In this document: piece by piece, positions 15,001-30,100 of the stretch
How the letters are laid out: every line of letters begins with the position of its first letter
Numbering within the stretch: position 1 is the first letter of the stretch
Assembly: GCF_009914755.1 (NCBI RefSeq)
Contig: NC_060933.1
DNA from: the human T2T-CHM13v2.0 reference genome, Homo sapiens
Strand: one strand, 5' to 3'
DNA length: 64,000 bases
Made by a program: the position numbers and the translations under genes
Notes under the pieces: model-generated
Database searches by the model: none
Seen by the model: only the letters and a program-made list of their open reading frames with translations
What the model was told of the DNA's origin: nothing

Positions 15001-16360
15001 TTCCATTCCATTCCATTCCATTCCATTCCATTTCGTTCCATTCCATTCTAATCCGTACCATTCCATTCCATTCCATTCCATTCCATTCCATTCCATTCCA
15101 TTCCATTCCATGCCATTCCACTCGGGTTCATTCCATTCCTTTCCATTCCATTCGGACTGAATCCATTCCATTCTATTCGATTCCATTCCATTGCACACAG
15201 TTTGATTCCATTCCATTCCATTCCATTCCGGATGACTCCCCTCCATTGCATTCCATTCCATTCCATTCTATTCGGGTTAATTCCATTCCATTCCATTCCA
15301 TTCCATTCCATTCCATTCCATTCCATTCCATTCCATGGCAATCGAGTTGATTCCATTCCATTCGATTCCATTTTATTCCATTCCATTCCATGCCAATTCA
15401 CTCGGTTTGATTCCATTCCTTTCCATTCCATTCGGGTTGAATCCACTCCATTCCATTCCATTCCATTCCATTGCACTCGGGTTGATTCCACTCCATTCCA
15501 TTGCGTTCCATTCCATTCCATTCCACTCCATTCCAATCCATTCCATTCCATACCATTCCACTCGAGTTGATTCCATTCCATTCCATTCCATTCCATTCCG
15601 TTCTATTCCGTTCTATTCCATTCGGGTGGATTCTATTCAATTCCTTTACACTCCATTGCATTGCATTCCATTCCACACAATTCCATTCCATTTCATTCCA
15701 TTCCATTACTTTCCATTCCATACCATTTCATTCCATTCCATTCTATTCCTTTCCATTCCATTCCACTCTTGTTGATTCCATTCCATTGCATTCCATTCCA
15801 TTCCATTCCATTGCAATCGAGTTGATTCCATTCCATTCCATTCCATGCCATTCCATTCCATTCCATTCCAGTCCTTTCCATTCCATTCCACTCGAGTTGA
15901 TTCCATTCTATTCCTTTCCATTCCATACCATTCCCTTCCATTCCACTCTTGTTGATTCCATTCTTTCCATTCCACTCGAATTCATTCCCTTCTATTCCAC
16001 TCGGAATTGTTCCATTCCATTCCATTCCATTCCATTCCATTCCATTCCATTTCGTTCCATTCCATTCTAATCCGTACCATTCCATTCCATTCTATTCCAT
16101 TCCATTCCATTCCATTCCATTCCATTCCTTTCCATTGCACACGGGTTGATACCATTCCATTCGATTCCATTCCTTTCTATTCCATTCTATTCCATTCGGG
16201 TGGATTCTATTCATTTCCTTTACACTCCATTGCATTGCATTCCATTCCACACAATTCCATTCCATTTCCATTCCATTCCATTACTTTCCATTCCATAGCA
16301 TTTCATTCCATTCCATTCTATTCCTTTCCATTCCATTCCACTCTTATTGATTCCATTCCA
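12050..16360 (+). repeat. ~1.05 kb dispersed duplication: ~12050-13130 and ~15320-16360
   Basis: TTCCATGGCAATCGAG at 12061 and 15331 (offset 3270), followed by the same module order through TTGCACACGGGTTGA (~12935, ~16135). Confidence 0.75.
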
Positions 16361-19300
16361 TTCCATTCCATACTATGCCTTTCCATTCCATTCCATTCCA
16401 TTCCATGCCATTCCACTCGGTTTGATACCATTCCTTTCCATTCCATTCGGGTTGAATCCATTCCATTCCATGCCATTCAATTGCACTCGGGTTGATTCCA
16501 TTCCATTGCATTCCATTCCATTCCATTCCATTCCATTCCATTCCATTCCATTCCATTCCACTCGGGTTGATTCCATTCTTTTCCATTACATTCGGGTTGA
16601 ATCCATTCCATTCCATTCGATTCCATTCCATTGCACTCGGGTTGAATCCATTCCATTGCATTCCATTGCATTCCATTCCATTCTGTTCCATTCCATTACA
16701 TTACATTCAGATTGATTCTATTCAATTCCCTTACACTCCACTACATTCCATTCCTTTCGGGTTGTTTCCATTCCAATCCATTCCATTCCACTGCATTCCA
16801 TTGCACTCGGGTTGATTCCATTCCATTCCATTCCATTCTATTCCGGATGACTCCATTCCATTGCATTTCATTCCATTCCATTCCCCTGCACTCGGGTTGA
16901 TTCCATTCCATTCCATTCCTTTCCATTCCATTCCATTCCGTTCCATTCCATTTCACGCCATTTCATTCCATTGCACTCGGGTTGATTCCATTTTATTCCA
17001 TTCCATTCCATTTCATTCCATTCCATTCCGTTCCATTGCTTTCCATTCCATTAGGATTGTTTCTATTCAATTCCCTTACACTCCATTACGTTCCATTCCA
17101 TTCGGGTAGTTTCCATTCCATTCCATTCCATTCCACTGCACTCGGGTTGATTCCATTCCATTCCATTCCATTCCATTCCATTCTATTCGGCTTAATTCCA
17201 TTCAATTCCATTCCATTCCATTCCATTCCATTCCATTCCATTACAATCGAGTTGATTCCATTCCATTCCATTCCATTCCATTCCGGATGATTCCATTCCA
17301 TTGCATTCCATTCCATTCCATTCCATTCCATTCCATTGCATTCTATTCGGCTTAATTCCATTCCATTCCATTCCATTCCATTCCATTCCATTCCATTCCA
17401 TTCCATTGCAATCGAGTTGATTCCATTCCATTCCATTCCATTCCATTCCGGATGATAATATTCCATTGCATTCCATTCCATTCCATTCCCCTGCACTCGT
17501 GTTGATTCCATTCCATTCCATTCTATTCTTTTCCATTCCATTCCTTTCCCTTCCATTCCACTCTGGTTGATTCCATTCCTTTCCATTCCACTCGAATACA
17601 TTCCCTTCTATTCTACTCAGAATGATTCCATTCCATTCCATTCCATTCCATTCCGTTCCATTCCATTTCGTTCCATTACATTCTATTCCGTATCATTCCA
17701 TTCCATTCCATTCCATTCCACTCGGGTTGATTCCATTCCTTTCCATTCCATTCGGGTTGAATCCATTCCATTCCATTCCATTCCATTCCATTCCATTCCA
17801 TTCCATTCCATTTCATTCCATTCCATTCCATTCCATTCCGTTCCACTCCATTCCATTACATTCGGATTGATTTTATTCAATTCCCTTATACTTCATTCCA
17901 TTCCATTCCATTCCATTCCACTCCATTCCATTGCACTCGGGTTGATTCCATTCCATTCCATTCCATTCAATTCCGTTCCATTCCAGTCCTTTCTATTCCA
18001 TTCCACACGGGTTGATTCCATTCTATTCCTTTCCATTCCATTCCATTCTCTTCCATTCCACTCTGGTTGATTCCATTCCTTTCCATTTCACTCGAATACA
18101 TTCCCTTCTATTCCATTCGGAATGATTCCATTCCATTCCATTCCATTCCATTTCATTTCTTTCCATTCCATTCTAATCCGTAGCATTCCATTCCATTCCA
18201 TTCCATTCCATTCCATTCCATTCCATTCCATACCATTCCATGCCATTCCACTCGGGATCATTCCATTCCTTTCCATTCCGTTCGGGTTGAATCCATTCCA
18301 TTCAATTCCATTCCATTCCATTCCATTCCATTCCATTCCATTCCATTCCATTGAACACGGTTTGATTCCATTCCATTCCATTCCCTTCCATTGCGTTCCA
18401 TTCCATTCCATTTTATTCTGGTTAATTCCTTTCAATTCCATTCCATTCCATTCCCTTCCATTCCATTCCATTCCATTCCAATGCAATCGAGTTGATTCCA
18501 TTCCATTCCATTCCATTCCATTGCATTCCATTCCATTCCATTCCATTCCATTCCATGCCATTCCACTCGTGTTGATTCCATTCCTTTCCATTCCATTCAG
18601 GTTGAATCCATTCCATTCCATTCCATTCCTTTCCATTCCATTGCACTTGGGTTGATTCCATTCCATTCCATTCCATTCCATTGCATTCTATTCCATTCCA
18701 TTCCACTCCATTCCAATCCATTCCATTCCACTCGAGTTGATTCCATTCCATTCCATTCCATTTCGTTCTATTCCATTCTATTCCATTCAGGTGGATTCCA
18801 TTCAATTCCTTTACACTCCATTCCATTGCATTCCATTCCTTACAATTCCATTCCATTCCATTCCCTTCCATTCCTTTCCATTCCATACCATTTCATTCCA
18901 ATCCATTCTATTCCTTTCCACTCCATTCCACTCTTGTTGATTCCTTTCCATTCCATTGCATTCCATACCATTCCATTCCATTGCAATCGAGTTGATTCCA
19001 TTGCATTCCATTCCATTCCATTCCATTCCTTTCCATTGCATTCCATTCCGGATGATTCCATTCCATTGCATTCCATTCCATTCCATTCCCCTGCACTCGG
19101 GTTGATTCCATTCCGTTCCATTCCATTCCATTCCATTCCATTCCGTTCCATTGCTTTCCATTCCATTCCATTCCATTCCACTGTATTCGGGTTAATTCCA
19201 TACCATTCCATTCCATTCCATTCCATTCCATTGCAATCGAATTGATTCCATTCCATTCCATTACAGTCCTTTGCATTCCATTCCACTCGGGTTGATTCCA

Positions 19301-19560
19301 TTCTATTAGTCTCCATTCCATTCCATTCCCTTCCATTCCAATCTGGTTGATTCCAATCTTTCCATTCCACTCGAATACATTCCCTTCTATTCCACTCGAA
19401 ATGATTCCATTCCATTCCATTCCATTCCATTCCATGCCATTCCGTTCCATTCCATTCCGTTCAATTTCGTTCCACTCCATTCTATTCTGTACCATTCCAT
19501 GGCATTCCATTCCATTCCATGCCATTCCATTCCATTCCATTCCATTCCATTCCATTCCAT
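13745..19560 (+). repeat. ~1.1-1.2 kb dispersed duplication: ~13745-14830 and ~18345-19560
   Basis: Shared rare variants TTGAACACGGTTTGA, TTTTATTCTGGTTAA, TTACAGTCCTTTGCA, TTAGTCTCC, CTCGAAATGA and TTCTGTACC. The offset rises from ~4600 to ~4705, so the second copy has ~100 bp extra. Confidence 0.85.
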
Positions 19561-22500
19561 TCCATGCCATTCCACTCGGGTTGATTCCATTTCTTTCCAT
19601 TCCATTCAGGTTGAATCCATTCCATTCCATTCTATTCCATTCGATTCTATTCCATTGCACTCAGGTTGATTCCATTCCATTCCATTCCATTCCATTCCAT
19701 TCCATTCCATTCCATGCCATTCCACTCGGTTTGATACCATTCCTTTCCATTCCATTCGGGTTGAATCCATTCCATTCCATTCCGCTCAATTGCACTCGGG
19801 TTGATTCCATTCCATTGCATTACTTTCCATTCCATTCCTTTCCATTCCATTCAATTCCATTCCGTTCCATTCCATTCCTTTCCGTTCCATTCCATTCCAT
19901 TACATTCGAATTGTTTCTATTCAATTCTCTTACACTCCATTACATTCCATTCCATTCGGGTTGTTTCCATTCCATTCTATTCCATTCCACTCCATTCGAT
20001 TGCACTCGGGTTGATTCCATTCCATTGCATTCCATTCCATTCCATTCCATTCCGTTCCATTCCATTCCGGATGATTCCATTCCACTCCATTCCATTCCAT
20101 GCCATTCCACTCGGGTTGATTCCATTCCTTTCCATTCCACTCGAATACATTAACTTCTATTCCACTCGGAATGATTCCATTGCATTCCATTCCATTCCAT
20201 TCCATTTCATTCCATTCCATTCCATTCCATTCCATTCCATTCCGTTCCATTAAATTCTATTCCGTACCATTCCATTCCAATCCATTCCATTCCATGCCAT
20301 TCCACTCGGGTTGATTCCATTCCTTTCCATTCCATTCGGGTTGAATCCATTCCATTCCATTCCATTCCATTCGATTGCATTCCATTGCACTAGGGTTGAA
20401 TCCATTCCATTGCATTCTTTTCCATTCCATTCCATTCCGTTCCATTCCATTCCATCACTTTCGGATTGATTCTATTCACTTCCCTTACACTCCATTGCAT
20501 TCCATTCCATTCGGGTTGTTTCCATTCCATTCCATTCCATTCCAATCCATTCCATTCCGTTCCATTCCATTCTGGATGATTCCATTCCATTGCATTCCAT
20601 TCCATTAAATTCCCCTGCACATGTGTTGATTCCATTCCATTCCATTTCATTCCATTCCATTCCATTCCATTCTATTCCATTCCATTCCGGATGATTCCAT
20701 TCCATTGCATTCCATTCCAATCCGTTCCCCTGCACTCGGGTTGATTCCATTCCATTCCATTCCATTCCATTCCGTTCCATTCCATTCCATTCCATTCTAT
20801 TGGGGTTAATTCCATTCCATTCCATTCCATTACATTTCATTGCAATCGAGTTAATTCCATTCCATTCCATTCCATTCCGGATGATTCCATTCCATTGCAT
20901 TCCATTCCATTCCATTCCCCTGCACTCGGGTTGATTCCATTCCATTCCATTCCATTCTATTCCGTTCCATCCCATTCCATTCTATTGGGGTTAATTCCAT
21001 TCCATTCCATTCCATTCCATTCCATTCCATTCCTTTCCATTCCATTTAATTCCATTCCAGTGCAATCGAGCTGATTCCATTCCATTCCATTCCATTCTAT
21101 TCCATTCCACTCCATTCCATTCTGGATGATTCCATTCCGTTGCATTCCATTCCATTAAATTCCCTTACACTAGTGTTGATTCCATTCCATTCCATTCCAT
21201 TCCATTCCATTCCATTCCATTCCATTCCGGATGATTCCATTCCACTGCATTCCATTCCACTCCGTTCCCCTGCACTCGGGTTGATTCCATTACATTACAT
21301 TCCATTCCATTCCGTTCCATTCCATTCCATTCCATTCTACTGAGGTTAATTCCATTCCATTCCATTCCATTACATTTCATTGCAATCGAGTTAATTCCAT
21401 TCCATTCCATTCCATTCCGGATTATTCCATTCCATTGCATTCCATTCCATTCCATTCCACTGCACTCGGGTTGATTCCATTCCATTCCATTCCATTCCAT
21501 TCCATTCCATTCCATTCCAGTCCTTTCCATTCCATTCCACTCGGGTTGATTCCATTCTATCAGTTTCCATTCAATTCCATTCCCTTCCATTCCACTCTGG
21601 TTGATTCCATTCCTTTCCATTCCACTCGAATACATTCCCTTCTATTCCACTCGGATTGATTCCATTCCATTCCATTCCATTCCATTCCATTCCATTCCGT
21701 TCCTGTCCATTCCATTACATTCGGATTGATTCTATTTAATTCCCTTACACTAGATTGCATTCCATTCCATTCGGGTTGTTTCCATTCCATTCCATTCCAT
21801 TCAACTCCATTCCATTGCACTCGGGTTGATTCAATTGCATTCCATTCCATTCCATTCAGTTCCATTCCGGATGATTCCATTCCATTGCATTCCATTCCAT
21901 TCCATTCCCCTGCACTCAGGTTGATTCCATTCCGTTCCATTCCATTCCATTCCATTCAATTATATTCGGGTTAATTCCATTCCATTCCATTCCATTCTAT
22001 TCCATTCCATTCCATTGCAATCGAGCTGATTGCATTCCATTCCATTAGATTCCATTCCATTCCATTCCGGATGATTCCATTCCATTGCATTCCATTCCAT
22101 TCCATTCCCCTCCACTCGGGTTGATTCCATTCCATTCCATTCCATTCCATTCCGTTCCATTCCATTCCATTCCATTGTATTCGTGATAATTCCATTCCAT
22201 TCCATTCAATTCCATTCCATTCCATTGCAATCGAGTTGATTCCATTCCATTCCCTTCCATTCCATTCCAGTCCTTTCCATTCCATTCCACTCGGGTTGAT
22301 TCCATTCTATTAGTTTCCATTCCATTCCATTCCCTTCCATTCCACTCGGGTTCATTCCATTCCTTTCCATTCCATTTGGGTTGAATCCATTCCATTCCAT
22401 TCCCTTCCATTCCGTTGCACGAGGGTTGAATCCATTCCATTGCATTCCATTCCTTTCCATTCCATTCCTTTCCATTCCATTCCATTACATTCGGATTGAT

Positions 22501-24699
22501 TGTATTCAATTCCCTTACACTCCATTGCATTCCATTCCATTCGGGTTGTTTCCATTCCATTCCATTCCATTCCACTCCATTCCATTGCACTCGGGTTGAT
22601 TCAATTGCATTCCATTCCATTCCATTTCATTCAATTCCATTCCATTCCGGATGATTCCATTCCATTGCATTCCATTCCATTCCATTCCCCTGCACTCGGG
22701 TTGATTCCATTCCATTCCATTCCATTCCATTCCATTCCATTCCATTCCATTTCATTATATTTGGGTTAGTTCCATTCCATTCCATTCAATTGCATTCCAT
22801 TGCATTTAATTCCATTCCATTGCAATCGAGCTGTTTCCATTCCATTCCATTCCATTCTATTCCATTCCATTCCGTTCCATTCCATTCTGGATGATTCCAT
22901 TCCATTGCATTCCATTCCATTAAATTCCTGTGCACTCGTGTTGATTCCATTCCATTCCATTCCATTCCATTCCATTCAATTCCATTCCGGATGATTCCAT
23001 TCCATTGTATTCCATTCCATTCCGTTCCCCTCGCTCTGGTTGTTTCCATTCCATTCCATTCCATTCCATTCCATTCCGTTCCATCCCATTCCATTCAATT
23101 CTATTGGGGTTAAATCCATTCCATTCTATTCCATTACATTTCATTGCAATCGAGTTAATTCCATTCCATTCCATTCCATTCCGGGTGATTCCATTCCATT
23201 GCATTCCATTCCATTTTATTCCCCTGCACTCAGGTTGATTCCATTCCATTCCATTCCATTCGGGTTGCATCCATTCCATTCCATTCCATTCCATTCCATT
23301 CCATTCCTTTCCATTCCATTCCATTCCATTACATTACATTTGGTTTGATTCTATTCAATTCACTTACACTCCATTATATTCCATTTCATTCGGGTTGATT
23401 CCAATCCATTCCATTCCATTCCATTCCATTCCATTCCTTTCCATTCCATTCCATTCCATTCCATTCCAGATGATTCCATTCCATTGCATTCCATTCCATT
23501 CCATTCCCCTGCACTCGGGTTGATTCCATTTCATTCCATTCCATTCCATTCCATTCCGTTCCATTCCATTCCATTCCATTCTATTCGGGTTAATTCCATT
23601 CCATTCCATTTCATTCCATTGCAATCGAGTTGATTCCATTCCATTCCATTCCATTCCTTTCCAGTCCTTTCCATTCCATTCCACTCGGGTTGATTCCATT
23701 CTATTAGTTTCCATTCCATTCCATTCCCTTCCATTCCACTCTGGTTGATTCCATTCCTTTCCATTCCACTCGAATACATTCCCTTCTATTCCACTCGTAT
23801 TGATTCCATTCCAATCCATTCCATTCCATTCCATTCCATTCCATTCCATTCCATTCCATTCCATTCCATTCTGTTCCATTCCATTCTATTCCGTACCATT
23901 CCATTCCATTCCATGCCATTCCACTCGGGTTGATTCCATTCCTTTCCATTCCATTTGGGTTGAATACATTCCATTCCATTCCGTTCCATTCCATTGCACT
24001 AGGGTTGAATCCATTCCATTGCATTCCATTCCATTCCATTCCATTCCTTTCCATTCCATTCCATTATATTCGGATTGATTCTATTCAATTCCCTTACACT
24101 CCATTGCATTCCATTCCATTCGGGTTGCTTCCATTCCATTCCATTCCATTCCACTCCATTCCATTGCACTCGGGTTGATTCAATTGCATTCCATTCCATT
24201 CCATTCCATTCCATTCCATTCCATTCCGGATGATTCCATTCCATTGCATTCCATTCCATTCCATTCCCCTGCACTAGGGTTTATTCCATTCCATTCCATT
24301 CCATTCCATTCCGTTCCATTCCATTCCATTCTATTCGGGTTAATTCCTTTCCAATCCATTCCATTCCATTCCATTCCATTCCATTTAATTCCATTCCATT
24401 GCAATCGAGCTGATTCCATTACATTCCATTCCATTCTATTCCATTCCATTCCATTCCAATCCATTCTGGATGATTCCATACCATTGCATTGCATTCCATT
24501 AAATTCCCCTGCACTCGTGTTGATTCCATTCCATTCCATTCCATTCCTTTCCATTCCATTCCATTCCATTCCATTCCATTCTATTGGGGTTAATTCCATT
24601 CCATTCCATTACATTACATTTTATTGCAGTTGAGTTAATTCCATTCCATTCCGGATGATTCCATTCCATTGCATTAGATTCCATTCCATTCCCCAGCAC

Positions 24700-26880
24700 T
24701 CGGGTTGATTCCATTCCATTCCATTCCATTCCATTCCATTCCATTCCATTCCGTTCCATTCCATTCCATTCCATTCTATTCGGGTTAATTCCATTCCATT
24801 CCATTCCATTGCTTTCCATTGCAAACTAGTTGATACCATTCCATTCCATTCAATTCCATTCCATTCGATTCCAGTCCTTTCCATTCCATTCCACTCGGGT
24901 TGATTCCATTCTATTCCTTTCCATTCCATTCCATTCCATTCCATTCCACTCTGGTTGATTCCATTCCTTTCCATTCCACTCGAATACATTCCCTTCTATT
25001 CCACTCGGAATGATTCCATTCCATTCCATTGAATTCCATTCCATTCCATTCCGTTCCATTCCATTCTATTCCATTCCATTCCATTCCATTCCATTCCATT
25101 CAACTCGGGTCGATTCCATTCCTTTCCATTCCATTCGCGTTGAATCCATTCCATTTCTTTCCATTCCATTCCATTCCATTGCACTAGGGTTGAATCCATT
25201 CCATTGCATTCCATTCCATTCCATTCCATTCCATTCCGTTCCATTCCATTCCATTACATTCGGATTGATTCTATTCAATTCCCTAACACTCCATTGCATT
25301 CCTTTCCATTCGGTTTGTTTCTATTCCATTCCATTCCATTCCATTCCATTCCATTGCACTCGGGTTGATTCAATTGCATTCCATTCCATTCCATTCTACT
25401 CCATTCCATTCCGGATGATTCCATTCCATTGCATTCCATTCCACTCCATTCCCCTGCACTCGGGTTGATTCCATTCCATTCCATTCCGTTCCATTCCATT
25501 CAATTCTATTCGGGTTAATTCCATATCATTCCATTCCATTCCATTCCATTCCGGATGATTCCATTCCATTGCATTCCATTCCATTCCATTCCCCTGCACT
25601 CGGGTTGATTCCATTCCATTCCATTCCATTCCATTCCGTTCCATTCCATTCCATTCCATTCTATTCGGGTTAATTCCATTCCATTCCATTCCATTCCATT
25701 CCATTCCATTCCATTCCATTCCATTGCAATCGAGTTGATTCCATTCCATTCCATTCCATTCCATTCCAGTCCTTTCCATTCCATTCCACTCGGGTTGATT
25801 CCATTCTATTCCTTTCCGTTCAATTCCATTCCCTTCCATTCCACTCTGGTTGATTCCATTCCTTTCCATTCCACTCGAATACATTACCTTCTATTCCACT
25901 CGGATTGATACCATTCCATTCCATTCCATTCTATTCCATTCCATTCCATTCCATTCCATTCCTTTCCATTCCATTCTATGCCATACCATTCCATTCCATT
26001 CCATTCTATTCCATGCCATTCCACTCGGGTTGATTCCATTCCTTTCCATTCCATTCTGGTTGAATCCATTCCATTCCATTCCATTCCATTCCGTTGCACT
26101 AGGGATGAATCCATTCCATTGCATTCCATTCCATTCCATTCCATTCCATTCCATTCCATTCATTTCCATTCCATTCCATTACATTCGGATTGATTCTATT
26201 CAATTCCCTTACACTCCATTGCATTCCATTCCATTCAGGTTGTTTCCATTCCATCGCATTCCATTCCACTCCATTCCATTGCACTCGGGTTGATTAAATT
26301 GCATTCCATTCCATCCCATTCCATTCCATTCCGGGTGATTCCATTCCATTGAATTCCATTCCATTCCATTCCCCTGCACTCGGGTTGATTCCATTCCATT
26401 CCATTCCATTCCATTCCTTTCCATTCCATTCCATTCTATTCGGGTAAATTCCATTCCATTCCATTCCATTGCATTCCATTCCATTCCATTCCATTCCATT
26501 CAATTTAATTCCATTGCATTGCAATTGAGCTGATTCCATTCCATTCCATTCCATTCTATTCCATTCCATTCCATTCCATTCTGGATGATTCCATTCCATT
26601 GCATTCCATTCCATTAAATTCCCCTGCACTCGTGTTTATTCCATTCCATTCCATTTCATTTCATTCCATTCCATTCCATTCCATTTCATTTCATTCCATT
26701 CCATTCCATTCCATTCAATTGCATTCCATTCCATTCCATTCCGGATGATTCCATTCCATTGCATTCCATTCCATTCCATTCCCCTGCACTCGGGTTGATT
26801 CCATTCCATTCCATTCCATTCCATTCCATTCCATTCCGTTCCATTCCATTCTATTGGGGTTATTTCCATTCCATTCCATT
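24700..26880 (+). repeat. Copy 1 of a ~2 kb block that recurs at ~39860-42020 and ~52970-54560
   Basis: Private markers GCAAACTAGTTGATACC (~24821, ~39986, ~53096), CAACTCGGGTCGATT (~25101, ~40266, ~53381), CCATATCATT (~25521, ~40686, ~53801) and AGGGATGAAT (~26101, ~41271, ~54401). Confidence 0.88.
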
Positions 26881-27119
26881 ACATTACATTTCATTGCAAT
26901 CGAGTTAATTCCATTCCATTCCATTCCATTCCGCATGATTCCATTCCATTGCATTCCATTCCATTCCATTCCCCTGCACTCGGGTTGATTCCATTCCATT
27001 CCATTCCATTCCATTCCAGTCCTTTCCATTCCATTCCATTCCATTCTATTCGGGTTAATTCCATTCCATTCCATTTCACTCCATTGCAATCGAGTTGATT
27101 CCATTCCATTCCATTCCAT

Positions 27120-30100
27120 TCCATTCCAGTCCTTTCCATTCCATTCCACTCGGGTTGATTCCATTCTATTAGTTTCCATTCAATTCCATTCCCTTCCATT
27201 CCAGTCTGGTTGATTCCATTCCTTTCCATTCCACTCGAATTCATTCCCTTCTATTCCACTCGGATTGATTCCATTCCATTCCATTCCTTTCCATTCCATT
27301 CCATTCCATTCCATTCCATTCCATTCCATTTAATTCCATTCCATTTTAATTGAGTTGATTCCATTCCATTCCATTCCATTCCATTCCATTCCATTCCATT
27401 CCATTCCGGATTATTCCATTCCATTGCATTCCATTCCATTCCATTCCCCTGCACTTGGGTTGATTCCGTTCCGTTCCATTCCGTTCCGTTCCATTCAATT
27501 ATATTCGGGTTAATTCCATTCCATTCCATTCCATTCTATTCCATTCCATTCCATTGCAATCGAGCTGATTGCATTCCATTGCATTAGATTCCATTCCATT
27601 CCATTCCGGATGATTCCATTCCATTGCATTCCATTCCATTCCATTCCCGTCCACTCGGGTTGATTCCATTCCAATCCATTCCATTCCATTCCATTCCATT
27701 CCATTCCATTTAATTCCATTCCATTGCAATTGAGCTGATTCCATTCCATTCCATTCCATTCTATTCCATTCCATTCCATTCCATTCTGGATGATTCCATT
27801 CCATTGCATTCCATTCCATTAAATTCCCCTGCACTCGTGTTTATTCCATTCCATTCCATTTCTTTCCATTCCATTCCATTCCATTCCATTCCATTCCATG
27901 CCATTCCATTCCATTCCGGATTATTCCATTCCATTGCATTCCATTCCATTCCGTTCCCCTGCACTCGGGTTGATTCCATTCCATTCCATTCCATTCCATT
28001 CCGTTCCATTCCGTTCCATTCCATTCTATTGGGGTTAATTCCATTCCATTCCATTCCATTACATTTCATTGCAATCGAGTTAATTCCATTCCATTCCATT
28101 CCATTCCGGATGATTCCATTCCATTGCATTCCATTCCATTCCATTCCCCTGCACTCGGGTTGATTCTATTCCATTCCATTCCATTCCATTCCGTTCCATT
28201 CCATTCCATTCTATTCGGGTTAATTCCATTCCATTCCATTCCATTCCATTCCATTCCTTTCCATTCCATTTAATTCCATTCCATTGCAATCGAGCTGATT
28301 CCATTCCATTCTATTCCATTCTATTCCATTCCATTCCATTCCATTCCATTCTGGATGATTCCATTCCATTGCATTCCATTCCATTAAATTCCCCTATATT
28401 CGTGTTGATTCCATTCCATTCCATTCCATTCCATTCCATTCCATTCCGGATGATTCCATTCCATTGCATTCCATTCCACTCCGTTACCCTACACTCTGGT
28501 TGATTCCATTACATTCCGTTCAATTCCATTCCGTTCCATTCCATTCAATTCCATTCTATTGGGGTTAATTCCATTCTATTCCATTCCATTACATTTCATT
28601 GCAATCCAGTTAATTCCATTCCATTCCATTCCGTTCCGGATGATTCCATTCCATTCCATTCCATTCCATTCCATTCCATTCCATTCCGTTCCGTTCCGTT
28701 CCGTTCCATTCCATTCCGTAACATTCGGATTGATTCTATTCAATTCCCTTACACTAGATTGCATTCCATTCCATTCGGGTTGTTTCCATTCCATTCTATT
28801 CCATTCAACTCCATTCCATTGAACTCGGGTTGATTCAATTGCATTCCATTCCATTCCATTCCATTCCATTCCGGATGATTCCATTCCATTGCATTCCATT
28901 CCATTCCATTCCCCTGCAGTCGGGTTGATTCCATTCCATTCCATTCCGTTCCATTCCATTCAATTATATTCGGGTTAATTCCATTCCATTCCATTCCATT
29001 CTATTCCATTCCATTCCATTGCAATCGAGCTGATTGCTTTCCATTCCATTAAATTCCATTCCATTCCATTCCGGATAATTCCATTCCATTGCATTCCATT
29101 CCATTCCATTCCCCTGCACTCGGGTTGATTCCATTCCATTCCATTCCATTCCATTCCGTTCCATTCCATTCCATTCCATTCTATTCAGGATAATTCCATT
29201 CCATTCCATTCAATTCCATTCCATTCCATTGCAATCGAGTTGATTCCATTCCATTCCCTTCCATTCCATTCCAGTCCTTTCCATTCCATTCCACTCGGGT
29301 TGATTCCATTCTATTATTTTCCATTCCATTCCATTCCCTTCCATTCCCCTCTGGTTTATTCCATTCCTTTCCATTCCACTCGAATACATTCCCTTCTATT
29401 CCACTCGGATTGATACCATTCCATTCCATTCCATTCTATTCCATTCCATTCCATTCCATTCCATTCCATTCCATTCCATTCCGTTCCATTCAATTCTATT
29501 CCGTACCATTCCATTCCATTCCATTCCATTCCATGCCATTCCACTCGGGTTGATTCCATTCCTTTCCATTCCATTCGGGTTGAATAAATTCCATTCCATT
29601 CCCTTCCATTCCGTTGCACTACGGTTGAATCCATTCCATTGCATTCCATTCCATTCCATTCCATTCCTTTCCATTCCTTTCCATTACATTCGGATTGATT
29701 GTATTCAATTCCCTTACACTCCATTGCATTCCATTCCATTCGGGTTGTTTCCATTCCATTCCATTCCATTCCAATTCATTCCATTGCCCTCGAGTTGATT
29801 CAATTGCATTCCATTCCATTCTATTCCATTCCTTTCCATTACATTCCAGATGATTCCATTCCATTGTATTCCATTCCATTCCATTCCCCTGCACTCGGGT
29901 TGATTCCATTCCATTCCATTCCATTCCATTCCGTTCAATTCCATTCCATTCTATTCGGGTTAATTCCATTCCATTCCATTCCATTCCATTCCATTCCATT
30001 CAATTTAATTCCATTCCATTGCAATTGAGCTGATTCCATTCCATTCCATTCCATTGTATTCCATTCCATTCCATTCCATTCTGGATGATTCCATTCCATT

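Larger units (their letters stand above)
1..16600 (+). repeat. Left sequence domain of the array
   Basis: Diagnostic modules: GGGTGGATTCTATTCAATTCCTTTAC, CACACAATTCC, CCATACCATTTCATTCC, CTCTTGTTGATT, CTAATCCGTACC, GGAATGGTT, and the variant GGATGACTCC. A last outlying copy of these modules lies at ~18.3-19.5 kb. Confidence 0.75.
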
